From: a bacterium
GTDB lineage: Bacteria; JAMCPX01
Direction of reading: 5' to 3'
Assembly: GCA_037439545.1 (NCBI GenBank)
Contig: JBBIVV010000001.1
Location: 35,469 to 99,468, forward strand
DNA length: 64,000 nt
The notes beneath the pieces are model-generated. The model was not told the DNA's origin. It did no database searches and was given only the letters and a program-made list of their open reading frames with translations. A program made the translations under genes and the position numbers. Positions 1 through 9,781 of this stretch are shown piece after piece (positions within the stretch are counted from its first letter, which is position 1; every line of letters starts with the position of its first letter).

Positions 1-222
1 CAGATTGAGGGACATTGTGATGAGAGGGGCTCGGAGGAGTATAATCTTGCACTGGGAGAGAAAAGGGCTGTTTCAGGGCGGGATTATCTGATACAGCTTG
101 GTTTGCAGGCTGACAGGATGTCTGTTATAAGTTACGGCAAGGAAAGACCGGTTAATCCAGGACACGATGAAAAGGCATGGGCGGAGAACAGGAGAGACGA
201 ATTTGTTGTCATTACGAGGTAG
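1..222 (+). CDS. pal: Peptidoglycan-associated lipoprotein Pal, C-terminal OmpA-like domain; 5' end lies outside the window
   Basis: Frame 1 translates to ...[67 protein letters not shown], a classic OmpA/Pal C-terminal signature; stop at 220-222; followed by a cpoB-like gene. Confidence 0.8.
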   Translation, partial: QIEGHCDERGSEEYNLALGEKRAVSGRDYLIQLGLQADRMSVISYGKERPVNPGHDEKAWAENRRDEFVVITR

Positions 223-225
223 GGT

Positions 226-1041
226 ATGAAAAGACTGTTGCTTATCATGAGCGCACTGATAGTTGTTACCGGTGCTGCGGGATGTATAAAGACAAACGAG
301 GATATAAGGCTTGACAAGGAGTTGAGCGATCTCCAGACACAGGTAGACCTGAACAACCAGCAGACGAACACAAAGATAGACACTGAAATATCAAGTATCA
401 GGAAGAATCAGGTCGATATGCTCTCCAAAATTGACGGCTCGCATGATGATATAAAAGATTTGAGAAACAGACTCGATATACTGCAGCATAGTTTGAACAA
501 CATGAAGCTGGATCTCGATCTCTTTACGACCACGGGCGGGACATTAAATACAAGCATCGAACAGCGGATTTCAGCACTCGAAGTGTCTATGACTGCCGTC
601 GAAGCGTGGATGAGTTTCTCCAATGCTTACAGTAAAAAGGCTGCAACCACGCATACCGAGAGTGTTTCAAAGCAGGCAAGTCTTTCAATGGATGATGCCG
701 TAAAGTTTTTCAAGGACAATAAGTTCGATCAGGCAAAACCCGTTTTCGAAAAATTCTCGAAAAGCAGCAATGAAAAGCAAAAGGCAAGAGCACTTTTTTA
801 TCTCGGTGAGATAGCTTACAAAGAAAAGGACTATAAAACGGCCATAGTGAATTATGGTACCATCGTAGAAAAACACCCTGAAAGTCATCTCATCACCAGT
901 GCATATTTCATGATCGGCAGGAGTTTTGTCCATCTCGGGGATAACAAAAAAGCAAAATTGTTCTTTGAGGAGCTTATTTCAAGATATCCCGATGACAAGC
1001 GTGCGAAGGACGCAAAGAAGGAAATAAAAAAACTTAAATGA
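226..1041 (+). CDS. cpoB: Tol-Pal system protein CpoB/YbgF-like (lipobox signal, coiled coil, C-terminal TPR)
   Basis: N-terminus MKRLLLIMSALIVVTGAAGC; heptad-like coiled-coil middle; C-terminal TPR-like repeats (ALFYLGEIAYKEKDYKTAIVNYGTIVEKHPES...); lies directly after pal. Confidence 0.6.
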   Translation: MKRLLLIMSALIVVTGAAGCIKTNEDIRLDKELSDLQTQVDLNNQQTNTKIDTEISSIRKNQVDMLSKIDGSHDDIKDLRNRLDILQHSLNNMKLDLDLFTTTGGTLNTSIEQRISALEVSMTAVEAWMSFSNAYSKKAATTHTESVSKQASLSMDDAVKFFKDNKFDQAKPVFEKFSKSSNEKQKARALFYLGEIAYKEKDYKTAIVNYGTIVEKHPESHLITSAYFMIGRSFVHLGDNKKAKLFFEELISRYPDDKRAKDAKKEIKKLK

Positions 1042-2063
1042 TCCTGCTCGGTATTGAAAGCTCCTGCGACGAAACGGGTGTCGCAGTTGTTAAAGACGGA
1101 AAGGTGCTCGTCGATCTTGTTTCAAGTCAGATAGATATCCACAAAAATTACGGCGGTGTTGTGCCGGAATTTGCATCGAGGATTCAGCTTGAAGTCATCG
1201 GTTCGCTGACACAGAAGGCATGTGAAGATGCCGGCATATCATTGTCCGCTGTCGATGGTATTGCCGTAACATCCGGTCCCGGGCTCATCGGCTCCGTCCT
1301 CGTGGGCGTTAATTTTGCAAAAGGGCTTGCATACGCCCTGGATAAACCGTTGATAGGCGTGGATCATGTCCAGGCACATTTATTCTCGCCGATGATAGAA
1401 TATGAACAGCTTTCATTCCCCTACATAGGGCTTGTCGTTTCAGGCGGTCACACCGAGCTTTATACGGTTAAATCCATGACCGATATAAGCCTGAACGGGA
1501 AGACCGTTGATGATGCGGCAGGGGAGGCGTATGACAAGATAGCCGGCGCACTCGGGCTCGGATACCCAGGCGGGCCGGTCATCGACAGAATCGCAAAGCA
1601 GTGGACGGGTAGCCGGAAGGTGAAATTCCCCATGGCCATGATGAAAACAGGTAATTATAATTTTTCTTTCAGCGGGCTCAAAACAGCAGTAATGAGATAC
1701 ATCGGGGCGCAGAGCACCGATATGGATCAGGCCGCGCTCTCGTCCATAGTTTCCGGGTTCCAGGATGCGGCAGCCGGTGTGCTGGTGAAAAAGACCATCG
1801 CCCTTGCACGGTATCAGCGTATGAAAAGGATAGCCGTGTCAGGCGGTGTTGCTGCAAATTCCCAGCTCAGGGAGATGTTCATGGCATATAGAAAAGAATT
1901 TGAAATATATGTGCCATCCTTGAAGCTGTGTACAGATAATGGTTCCATGATAGGTTTTCTCGGTTACCAGCTTTTGAAGCTCGGTATCAAAAGCAGTATT
2001 GACATAGACGCATATGCAAATAACACACACATTCCTCAAAGAACACGGACTTCTGCCCCATAA
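1038..2063 (+). CDS. tsaD: tRNA N6-adenosine threonylcarbamoyltransferase TsaD (Kae1/YgjD family)
   Basis: MILLGIESSCDETGVAVV... N-terminus, HVQAHL and SGG motifs; 341 aa; start overlaps the cpoB stop (ATGA). Confidence 0.9.
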   Translation: MILLGIESSCDETGVAVVKDGKVLVDLVSSQIDIHKNYGGVVPEFASRIQLEVIGSLTQKACEDAGISLSAVDGIAVTSGPGLIGSVLVGVNFAKGLAYALDKPLIGVDHVQAHLFSPMIEYEQLSFPYIGLVVSGGHTELYTVKSMTDISLNGKTVDDAAGEAYDKIAGALGLGYPGGPVIDRIAKQWTGSRKVKFPMAMMKTGNYNFSFSGLKTAVMRYIGAQSTDMDQAALSSIVSGFQDAAAGVLVKKTIALARYQRMKRIAVSGGVAANSQLREMFMAYRKEFEIYVPSLKLCTDNGSMIGFLGYQLLKLGIKSSIDIDAYANNTHIPQRTRTSAP

Positions 2064-2859
2064 ATCATTAGCGCAGTATCTGCTTGCCGATGAGTCTGTG
2101 ATTGATGATATCATAAGAGCATTAGATATCCGGCGGGATGATCGTATACTTGAAATAGGTGCCGGGTGCGGTGCTTTAACGGAACATATACTGGGAAAGA
2201 TTGATCAGACAGGCGGAGAACAAACATCCCTGATATCGGTTGAGATAGAAGACAGGTACGTAAATTACCTGAAAAGCCGTTTCAGGAATAACGGCAGGTT
2301 TAAAGTCATGAGGCAGGATATACTGAAACTGGATATAAGCCGGCTGTTTCACGGGTCATTGAAGGTTGCAGGCAATGTACCCTATTATATATCAAGCCCT
2401 ATCCTGCGTTTATTATTCCATAACCACGCATTGATAGGAGATATTGTAATTATGCTGCAGAAAGAGGTCGGCATGAGAGTCGTATCACAGCCGTCAGAGG
2501 AATATTTCGGGCTATTATCCGTGATGCGTATGCTCCATTATGATGCATCCGTGGTGAGGCATGTCGATAAAAATTTATTTGTGCCCGTGCCGAAGGTTGA
2601 TTCGGTTGTCATAAAGATGCATGTCCATGAGCCAATCATGAGTGCCGAAGATGAACATGCCTTACTCGGCCTCCTGAAGCATGCATTGAACGCAAGAAGG
2701 AAGATGATTAAAAATACGTTAAAAGCCGTCGGTACGTCATCAGAGATAGAAAAATGGTGCAGGGAGGCTGATATAAGTATGAATGACAGGGCAGAGAATA
2801 TCGATTTGAACAGATGGATCAGGTTCCTCACTATCTATAAAAAGGACAGAGGCTTATAA
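2014..2859 (+). CDS. rsmA: 16S rRNA (adenine1518/1519-N6)-dimethyltransferase RsmA/KsgA
   Basis: LPHKSLAQYLLADESVIDDII...ILEIGAGCGALTE aligns to the KsgA N-terminus (RFGQNFL...VEIGPGLGALT); start may be downstream, since the ORF overlaps the tsaD 3' end. Confidence 0.8.
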   Translation: MQITHTFLKEHGLLPHKSLAQYLLADESVIDDIIRALDIRRDDRILEIGAGCGALTEHILGKIDQTGGEQTSLISVEIEDRYVNYLKSRFRNNGRFKVMRQDILKLDISRLFHGSLKVAGNVPYYISSPILRLLFHNHALIGDIVIMLQKEVGMRVVSQPSEEYFGLLSVMRMLHYDASVVRHVDKNLFVPVPKVDSVVIKMHVHEPIMSAEDEHALLGLLKHALNARRKMIKNTLKAVGTSSEIEKWCREADISMNDRAENIDLNRWIRFLTIYKKDRGL

Positions 2860-2910
2860 TCTATTCAGTCCCGAACAATCCTGAGATTGTTATGACCGGT
2901 CTATGCCCGT

Positions 2911-3732
2911 TTATATCTTCGCAAGGATCTTGTAATAGAATAACCCTACGTATTCGTGCATTCCCCTATAGGTGTTGGATAATGCCTCCAAGTCCGGCAT
3001 ATAGTCCATAAAATCATAGTGTCTTCTGTTAATTTTATAATCAGCAGGTGCAGGTATTATGTTGGTCAGACCAGCATTCCTGAATGCATAGACAGCTCTT
3101 CTTAAGTGATATGCAGACGTAATAAGGATGATCCTCTTACACATGAGCTTTTCGCACAAGCTTTTGACTTCTATGGCGTTTTCATAGGTATTCCTGCTCG
3201 TTGAATCCATAAAGATATCCTTTTCCGGCACACCCATCTGGACAAGATATCGCCGCATGACAGGTGCTTCAGGCTTCTGGTATTTAAACCCCTTGCCGCT
3301 GCTTACGATTAAAGGTAAGGGTTGGATCCTGTACAGCCGGAAAGCATATACAAGTCTTTCCAGAGAGTCACCCGTCGGTGTTCCATTGCCTTCAAGATCC
3401 GGTGAATTATCGTGTATACCGCCGCCGAGTACGACATAAACATCGTGTGCAGATATGTCCTTGACATTCAATTGAGAATAAGTGTTTTCAAGAGGCAGCA
3501 TGAGTTTATCTGCCAGCGGCCCCAGACATGCCGTGTAGATGGAAACTGAGAATATCAACATCATGATACCTATGCCCGTTTTCTTTTGTTTTATGAGCAT
3601 TATTGCCCATAAGAAAGACATGGTGATGGCCAGCCCTGGTGGTAGAATCCACGCAGTGAAAAGTTTTGATATTATATACATGTATCCTCCATTGAGATCC
3701 GTTATAAAGCTCCCGTGCAGCTCTCCCTGCAT
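2911..3732 (-). CDS. DUF218 (YdcF/SanA/ElyC-like) membrane-anchored protein
   Basis: N-terminal TM segments, then VVLGGGIHDNSPDLEGNGTPTGDSLERLVYAFRLYRIQPLPLIVSSGKG, typical of the DUF218 fold. Confidence 0.55.
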   Translation of the reverse strand: MQGELHGSFITDLNGGYMYIISKLFTAWILPPGLAITMSFLWAIMLIKQKKTGIGIMMLIFSVSIYTACLGPLADKLMLPLENTYSQLNVKDISAHDVYVVLGGGIHDNSPDLEGNGTPTGDSLERLVYAFRLYRIQPLPLIVSSGKGFKYQKPEAPVMRRYLVQMGVPEKDIFMDSTSRNTYENAIEVKSLCEKLMCKRIILITSAYHLRRAVYAFRNAGLTNIIPAPADYKINRRHYDFMDYMPDLEALSNTYRGMHEYVGLFYYKILAKI

Positions 3733-3789
3733 TTTTCTCTATCAATATATTTAAGGACTTGCAACAAATTAAAGGGGGGGATTCGTTTC

Positions 3790-4344
3790 TCAGATGGTAA
3801 TATTGAGGTCCAGAGAATTTGATTCTATGCCGTTCATTTTGACAGAGATTTTGTACTCACCCTGACTCAGTTGCTTCGGAAGGGTCAGTATGACCATGTT
3901 TTTCGATTCCACGTCCTTTGCATATTTCCTGTCAAACAAGGTCACAGCTGTGTTTTTATCAGCCGCACGCGCAAGAGTAATATTGATCTCTGCATTGGAT
4001 GACGAAGGCACAGAAAGATTGAACCCGATTTTGTCGCCCGGGTGAACAGGTAATGAGTCTATCCTTATTTCATGATATCGTCTCATTTCGTGATACTTCT
4101 TTCCTTTCCCGTGTCCTCCAAAGTATATCGAGCCTGTAGTAAAATCTATAACCAGTGCTGCTACACCCGGCACGATACCAACCAAAAGCCATAGACAATC
4201 CATGACAAGTACTGCCCCGTCAATATCACCCGGCATGTTGTCCCTTCTTTCGGGGTAAAGTAAGAAACCGCAATTCACCGTCGTGAATGTCATAAACAAT
4301 AAAACTACTACAGCTAAAACACGGGATCTAATAAATATTTTCAC
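3790..4344 (-). CDS. Hypothetical lipoprotein
   Basis: Signal peptide with lipobox-like TTVNC; no recognisable catalytic motif. Confidence 0.35.
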   Translation of the reverse strand: MKIFIRSRVLAVVVLLFMTFTTVNCGFLLYPERRDNMPGDIDGAVLVMDCLWLLVGIVPGVAALVIDFTTGSIYFGGHGKGKKYHEMRRYHEIRIDSLPVHPGDKIGFNLSVPSSSNAEINITLARAADKNTAVTLFDRKYAKDVESKNMVILTLPKQLSQGEYKISVKMNGIESNSLDLNITI

Positions 4345-4405
4345 GGTAATCTCCTCCTGAATGTTATGCCGATATTCTTTTTAGTAACCGCACATCTGGC
4401 TTTTG

Positions 4406-5659
4406 TCAACTCCGTAAAAATGTCGATTCGATGTAGTGTATCCGCTCTGTGACCGGCGGGTGCGAGTAGTAGAATGCAGAATAGAGAGGGTGGGGGTGAA
4501 GGTTCGAGAGATTGTCTTTCGAAAGTTTTACGAGAGCGCTGACCATAGCACTGCTGTTACCCGTCAGTTTACACGCAAATGCATCGGCATCCCTCTCGTG
4601 CATCCTTGAGAATAAATTAAACAACGGTGTGAAGGGAAATGCTGCAATGGTCCCGAGCAGACCGAGTATGACGATCTTTGCAAATACCGTATGAGCGGTA
4701 AGATTGAAAAGACCGGGTAAAATGCCGCCCTGCATCAGTCTGAAGGACATAAAGAGTACTGCAAGGGAAATGACCTCCATGAGGATCATTTGTTTTAAAA
4801 CATGCTTCTTTTTCCAGTGACCGAGCTCATGTGCGAGTACCGCGAGAATCTCATCCGTATTCATGGTACTGAGGAGGGTGTCGAAGAGGACGACTCTTTT
4901 AACCCTGCCGATTCCGGTAAAATAGGCATTGGTATGTTTTGTCCTCTTTGATGCATCCATCTTCAGAACCTTGCTGATCTTTATCCCGACTTTATCGGTT
5001 AAATTATGGATGCCTGCTTTAAGATTTTCATCGTCGACAGGCGAAAATTTATTGAAGAGCGGCTCTATGACATAGGGGGACAGGTACATCATAAAGATGC
5101 TGAATATCAGGAAGAAAAGCCATACCCAGAGCCACCAGTGTAAAGGGCTCCTTGCAATGAGCCATAGACCGGCGGATATGATTAAAGATAAAAGGACTGT
5201 TGTTATTACTGTGGATTTTATGAAATCGGCGATCCATAATTTTGCCGTCATCGTATTGAATCCGTATTTCTTTTCTATCCTGAATGTCTGATATATGCTC
5301 AAAGGTATCGTAAGAAATGTGTCCGCATAAAGCAGCAGCATAAAAAATATGATGCCGGACACAATAAAATTCAAATGCAGTGAATTGATCCATGAATTAT
5401 AAGTATTCAATATGCCGGTAAAGAAAAACAGGATCATCAAGATAGTACTGAAGATCGAAGAGGCGATCCCGAACCGTGTTGAATCAACGGTATAATTTCT
5501 CGATTTGTCCAGCAATGACTGTTCTATGTGTCCTTCGAATGCAGGCGGAACGATGCTGCCGTATTTCCTCAGATAAGAAAGCTTCAGATGTTCGAGCCAG
5601 TAGCCGCACAGTACGACAATCAGGTAAGCAGTCAATAGAGAGAAAGCTGAAAAGCCCAT
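4406..5659 (-). CDS. M48-family zinc metalloprotease (Ste24/HtpX-like), polytopic membrane protein
   Basis: Multiple TM helices; HEXXH motif HELGHWKKKH at about residue 285; 417 aa. Confidence 0.7.
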   Translation of the reverse strand: MGFSAFSLLTAYLIVVLCGYWLEHLKLSYLRKYGSIVPPAFEGHIEQSLLDKSRNYTVDSTRFGIASSIFSTILMILFFFTGILNTYNSWINSLHLNFIVSGIIFFMLLLYADTFLTIPLSIYQTFRIEKKYGFNTMTAKLWIADFIKSTVITTVLLSLIISAGLWLIARSPLHWWLWVWLFFLIFSIFMMYLSPYVIEPLFNKFSPVDDENLKAGIHNLTDKVGIKISKVLKMDASKRTKHTNAYFTGIGRVKRVVLFDTLLSTMNTDEILAVLAHELGHWKKKHVLKQMILMEVISLAVLFMSFRLMQGGILPGLFNLTAHTVFAKIVILGLLGTIAAFPFTPLFNLFSRMHERDADAFACKLTGNSSAMVSALVKLSKDNLSNLHPHPLYSAFYYSHPPVTERIHYIESTFLRS

Positions 5660-5663
5660 GCGT

Positions 5664-6467
5664 TTAAAATACCACTATTCCTGCGTATCCGACCACTTCG
5701 TCATAATCATGGGTAACCTGTCCTGATGTTTTATAATCTACGAGCTTTGCTTTTTTTGCCCCGAGTTTTTTTGCACTGAGAAGCATAATAGCAGCGGGAA
5801 TCACACCGCACATCGAAATATCTTTTTCAGCAGTGACCCTGAGCAGTCCTGGAACGTCGAATGCGAGGATCCTTTCAATGGCGAGGGTGTCCTTTTTTTT
5901 TGCAATGTCCTGGGATTCGTAATGGGTCATATCCGAACTTGCTATAATCAATGTTTCCCTGCCGGTATCTTTAATTGCTTTTGCTATGGCATTTCCTATG
6001 GAACTTACAAAATCATAATCCCTGCCCATGACACAGAGAGGGACGATCATGGCTGACGGGTTATAGTGATGAATAAAAGGGAGTTGGACTTCGAGTGAAT
6101 GTTCCTGTGCTTGAGAATCGAAGTCGTCGTTTAAAAAATCAGTATTTTTCATGAGAGCGTCTGCAAGCTCATGGTCTATATTCATGTCAAAACCCGGCAT
6201 ACTGAAGGTACCGCTTGACAGTATCCCTCCTCTGGAACCATACCCGGTGTGATTGGGACCTATGACAATGACCGTAGACGGGATTGTGATGGACGAGTAT
6301 ACCTTTCCCGCTACACTTCCGGAGTACATATAGCCTGCATGGGGTGAGATCGCACCGATTGCTTTTACCGGTTTTTGGTCTTGAGGCACCAGTTCCTTTA
6401 CCAGCCTCTCCAGGCTTGCCGGGTTTGCAGGATAAAAAGAGCCTGCAACTGCCGGTTGTCTCTTCAT
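5664..6467 (-). CDS. MEMO1-family protein (AmmeMemoRadiSam system protein B-like)
   Basis: MKRQPAVAGSFYPANPASLERLV...AISPHAGYMYSG... N-terminus characteristic of the Memo family; 267 aa. Confidence 0.7.
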   Translation of the reverse strand: MKRQPAVAGSFYPANPASLERLVKELVPQDQKPVKAIGAISPHAGYMYSGSVAGKVYSSITIPSTVIVIGPNHTGYGSRGGILSSGTFSMPGFDMNIDHELADALMKNTDFLNDDFDSQAQEHSLEVQLPFIHHYNPSAMIVPLCVMGRDYDFVSSIGNAIAKAIKDTGRETLIIASSDMTHYESQDIAKKKDTLAIERILAFDVPGLLRVTAEKDISMCGVIPAAIMLLSAKKLGAKKAKLVDYKTSGQVTHDYDEVVGYAGIVVF

Positions 6468-6475
6468 AAAACCTC

Positions 6476-8314
6476 CTATCTTATTCTTATCAGGGCTTCT
6501 CCCGGGTTTACCGTATCGCCCTCGCTTATGTATATTTCATATACGATTCCATCAATAGGCGTATGGATTTCATTTTCCATCTTCATTGCCTCCATAACCA
6601 TGACTGTATCGCCCGCTATGAGCTTATCGCCTTTTTTAACCTTTATGGATGATACCTTTCCCGGTATCGTTGTCGTTACATCTCCGATCTCTGTTGCTTT
6701 CGGCCTTTCTGTCTTGATGGCTGCCTTCGGTATCAATTCGCCTTCCTGTGAGGCAACGACCTGAACTAATGGTTCTACGAGTACCTCTTCGAGCTTACCA
6801 TCGACATATACAAAGAACATTCTCGGGTTTTCGGTCCTCTGTCCGGAACCTGCAATTTTTATATTATACATTTCACCGTGCAGCTTGACGTTGAATTCAC
6901 TGGGTGCAAGCCGTGCTATGTGTTTCTTTTCTTTATCAGTCTGCGGTTTTTCGAATTTCGGCATCAGGACCTTTAATTCACCTTTTTCCCTGAGGTCAAA
7001 AAATTCACCTGCAACCTGCGGGAAAAGGGCATAGGAAAGCACATCCTCTTCCGATTTTGCTTTTCCCCCAATCTCATCCTTGAGCCTGCTAAATTCTGAT
7101 TCAATGTAATCCGCAGGCCTGCGATCTATTACCCTTTCATCGCCTATAGCAAGCTTTCTCAATTCCGGATTGACTTCGCCGGGAGGTTTGCCGTAAAGTC
7201 CTTTAAGATAATTCTTTATCTCATTGGTTATTACCTTGTATCGTTCGCCGCTGATGACATTCAAGGTCGCCTGAGAGCCCACTATCTGGCTTGTGGGAGT
7301 TACGAGCGGAGGATAACCAAGGTCTTTCCTCACCACAGGCACTTCATCAAGCACTTCATTTATCTTGTCGAGTGCGTTCTGCTCCTTTAACTGTGACGCA
7401 AGGTTGGACAGCATGCCCCCGGGGATCTGCCATAAAAGTATCTTCGTATTTATGCCCGTATACTCGCTTTCAAAAGCAGCGTATTTCCTTTTTACCTCTC
7501 TGAAATAATCCGCAATGTCCGCGAGCAGTTCGAGTGATAGGCCTGTATCGGAATCAGTGTCTTTTAATGCCGCCACTATCGATTCTGTCGCGGCCTGGGA
7601 TGTGCCTGATGCAAATGGCGAGATTGCCGTGTCGACGATGTCGACGCCCGCCTCGATGGCCTTTAAAATAGACATGGCTGCAAAGCCTGCGGTGTCGTGC
7701 GTGTGGAAGTGGAGCGGGACCTTTATGACCGATTTAATCCTCCCAATGAGTTCAAAAGCCTCATAAGGTCTTATCAAACCTGCCATATCTTTTATGCAAA
7801 CGCTGTCTACACCAAGGTCCTCAAGGGCTTTTGCATAATCGATAAAGTATTCTATGGTATGTACAGGGCTTGTCGTATAACTCAGGGCACCTTCGACGAA
7901 CTTCCCGAACTGCTTCACAGCCTTTACCGATGAGCGTATATTCCTTATGTCATTCAGGGCATCGAAGGTCCTGAATATATCAATACCGTTTTCAGCGGAC
8001 TTTTCTACGAACTTCCATACAATATCGTCGGAATAATGCCTGTAACCGACGAGGTTCTGTCCCCGCAGGAGCATCTGAAGCTTCGTGTTCGGCAATGCTT
8101 TCTTGAGTTCCCTGAGCCTTTCCCATGGGTCTTCCCGCAGGAAGCGCATTGCTGTGTCGAATGTGGCGCCTCCCCATACTTCCATGGACCAAAATCCCAC
8201 CCTGTCCATCTTATCGCATATCGGTAGCATGTCTTCTGTTTTTAATCGTGTCGCAATATGGGACTGATGTGCATCCCTTAGAGTTGTATCTGTAACATTT
8301 ATTTTCTTTATCAC
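6476..8314 (-). CDS. pycB: Pyruvate carboxylase subunit B / oxaloacetate decarboxylase alpha-like (carboxyltransferase + biotinyl domain)
   Basis: HMGL-like N-terminus (VTDTTLRDAHQS) and C-terminal biotinyl domain with EAMKMENEI (biotin-Lys motif). Probable GTG start at 8314 preceded by GGAGAG; the longer ATG-start ORF in the track would overlap pycA. Confidence 0.8.
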   Translation of the reverse strand: MIKKINVTDTTLRDAHQSHIATRLKTEDMLPICDKMDRVGFWSMEVWGGATFDTAMRFLREDPWERLRELKKALPNTKLQMLLRGQNLVGYRHYSDDIVWKFVEKSAENGIDIFRTFDALNDIRNIRSSVKAVKQFGKFVEGALSYTTSPVHTIEYFIDYAKALEDLGVDSVCIKDMAGLIRPYEAFELIGRIKSVIKVPLHFHTHDTAGFAAMSILKAIEAGVDIVDTAISPFASGTSQAATESIVAALKDTDSDTGLSLELLADIADYFREVKRKYAAFESEYTGINTKILLWQIPGGMLSNLASQLKEQNALDKINEVLDEVPVVRKDLGYPPLVTPTSQIVGSQATLNVISGERYKVITNEIKNYLKGLYGKPPGEVNPELRKLAIGDERVIDRRPADYIESEFSRLKDEIGGKAKSEEDVLSYALFPQVAGEFFDLREKGELKVLMPKFEKPQTDKEKKHIARLAPSEFNVKLHGEMYNIKIAGSGQRTENPRMFFVYVDGKLEEVLVEPLVQVVASQEGELIPKAAIKTERPKATEIGDVTTTIPGKVSSIKVKKGDKLIAGDTVMVMEAMKMENEIHTPIDGIVYEIYISEGDTVNPGEALIRIR

Positions 8315-8327
8315 GATCTCTCCTCTT

Positions 8328-9746
8328 CTAAATGCCCTCATGCATGGCTATGGCCGATGCAATAGCAATAACCATATCGCTGGGGTCGACTGTATTTGCA
8401 TAATCCAGAAGGTCCGGATGCTCATTTATAAATTCGGTATCAAAATAGCCCCTTTTAAAATCCTCGCTGTTTACGATCGCCTGCAGATAGAAAATATTTG
8501 TTTTGATACCTCTTATAACGAATTCATCGAGCGCTCTTCTCATCCTGTTGACTGCTTCTTCCCATGTCCCGCCGGTGACAGTTAATTTTGCTATCATCGG
8601 ATCGTAGTAGTCAGGCACGACATAATCCTTGTAAACAGCTCCGTCTATTCTTACACCGATGCCGCCTGGAGAATAATAAGCCGTAATCCTGCCTCCGTTC
8701 GGCAGAAACGCGTTTTGCGGGTCCTCGGCTATAAGCCTGCATTCGATTGCATTGCCGCGTATTTTTACGTCCTTTTGTTTTATACCCAGCTCCAACCCTG
8801 CAGCGACCTCTATCTGTTTCTTAACTATGTCGATGCCCGTTATCGACTCTGTAACGGGATGCTCGACCTGCAGTCTCGTATTCATCTCCATGAAGTGGTA
8901 CCGCATGCTGCTGTCGACAATAAATTCAATGGTGCCTGCATTCGTATAATTGACGAGTTTCGCAATTTTTACCGCAAGGTTTCCCAATTCCTTCCTTTTT
9001 TTATCACCGAGGAGCAATGAAGGAGCAATCTCTATCACCTTCTGGTGCCTCCTCTGTATGGAGCAATCCCTTTCACCGAGATGGATCACATTGCCGTGAT
9101 GATCCGCGAGTATCTGCACCTCAATGTGATGAGGTTTTGTAATATATTTTTCGATAAAGATCTCAGGATTATTAAAGAATTTCTCAGCCTCTGACCTTGC
9201 AAGGCTATAGTACCGGATCAGTTCGTTTTCTGTTTTTGCAATCCGCAGACCTCTTCCACCGCCGCCTCCGGATGCTTTTATAATCACGGGGTAGCCTATT
9301 TTTTTGCCCCATTTTATTGCATCATCCTCGCTTTCTACCGGTCCATCGCTGCCGTCTACAACAGGGATGTTATGCTCTTTCATAAACTCTCTTGCCTTGA
9401 GTTTGTTCCCCATGAGTTCAATCACAGGGGAGGAGGGACCAATGAAAACAACGCCCCGCTTTTCGCACAACTCTGCCATCTTCGGGTTTTCCGATACAAA
9501 GCCATACCCCGGGTGTATGGCATCGGCCCCGATCTTTTTTGCAATATCCACGATCCTATGGATATTGAGATAGGCTTCAATAGGCCCCGGTGTAACGAGA
9601 TAAGCTTCGTCCGCTTTCTTTATATAAAGGGCTGTCGAGTCTTCTTCCGTATAAATGACAGCACTCCTTACATTCATCTCCTTGCATGCCCTTATTATTC
9701 TTGTCGCAATCTCGCCTCTGTTTGCTATGAGAATTTTATTAAACAT
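8328..9746 (-). CDS. pycA: Biotin carboxylase (pyruvate carboxylase subunit A / AccC-like)
   Basis: MFNKILIANRGEIATRIIRACKEM... ATP-grasp biotin carboxylase N-terminus; 472 aa; directly upstream of the biotinyl/carboxyltransferase subunit. Confidence 0.85.
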   Translation of the reverse strand: MFNKILIANRGEIATRIIRACKEMNVRSAVIYTEEDSTALYIKKADEAYLVTPGPIEAYLNIHRIVDIAKKIGADAIHPGYGFVSENPKMAELCEKRGVVFIGPSSPVIELMGNKLKAREFMKEHNIPVVDGSDGPVESEDDAIKWGKKIGYPVIIKASGGGGGRGLRIAKTENELIRYYSLARSEAEKFFNNPEIFIEKYITKPHHIEVQILADHHGNVIHLGERDCSIQRRHQKVIEIAPSLLLGDKKRKELGNLAVKIAKLVNYTNAGTIEFIVDSSMRYHFMEMNTRLQVEHPVTESITGIDIVKKQIEVAAGLELGIKQKDVKIRGNAIECRLIAEDPQNAFLPNGGRITAYYSPGGIGVRIDGAVYKDYVVPDYYDPMIAKLTVTGGTWEEAVNRMRRALDEFVIRGIKTNIFYLQAIVNSEDFKRGYFDTEFINEHPDLLDYANTVDPSDMVIAIASAIAMHEGI

Positions 9747-9781
9747 TCCTTTTGCTCCAATTTATATATAATGCATGTATA

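Noticed and set aside
7291-8267. Multiple 60-85-aa plus-strand ORFs inside the pycB region (7291-7503, 7515-7766, 7697-7933, 8036-8227, 8085-8267)
   Set aside because: All are antisense to a strongly supported carboxyltransferase gene, lack SDs and have no recognisable motifs.
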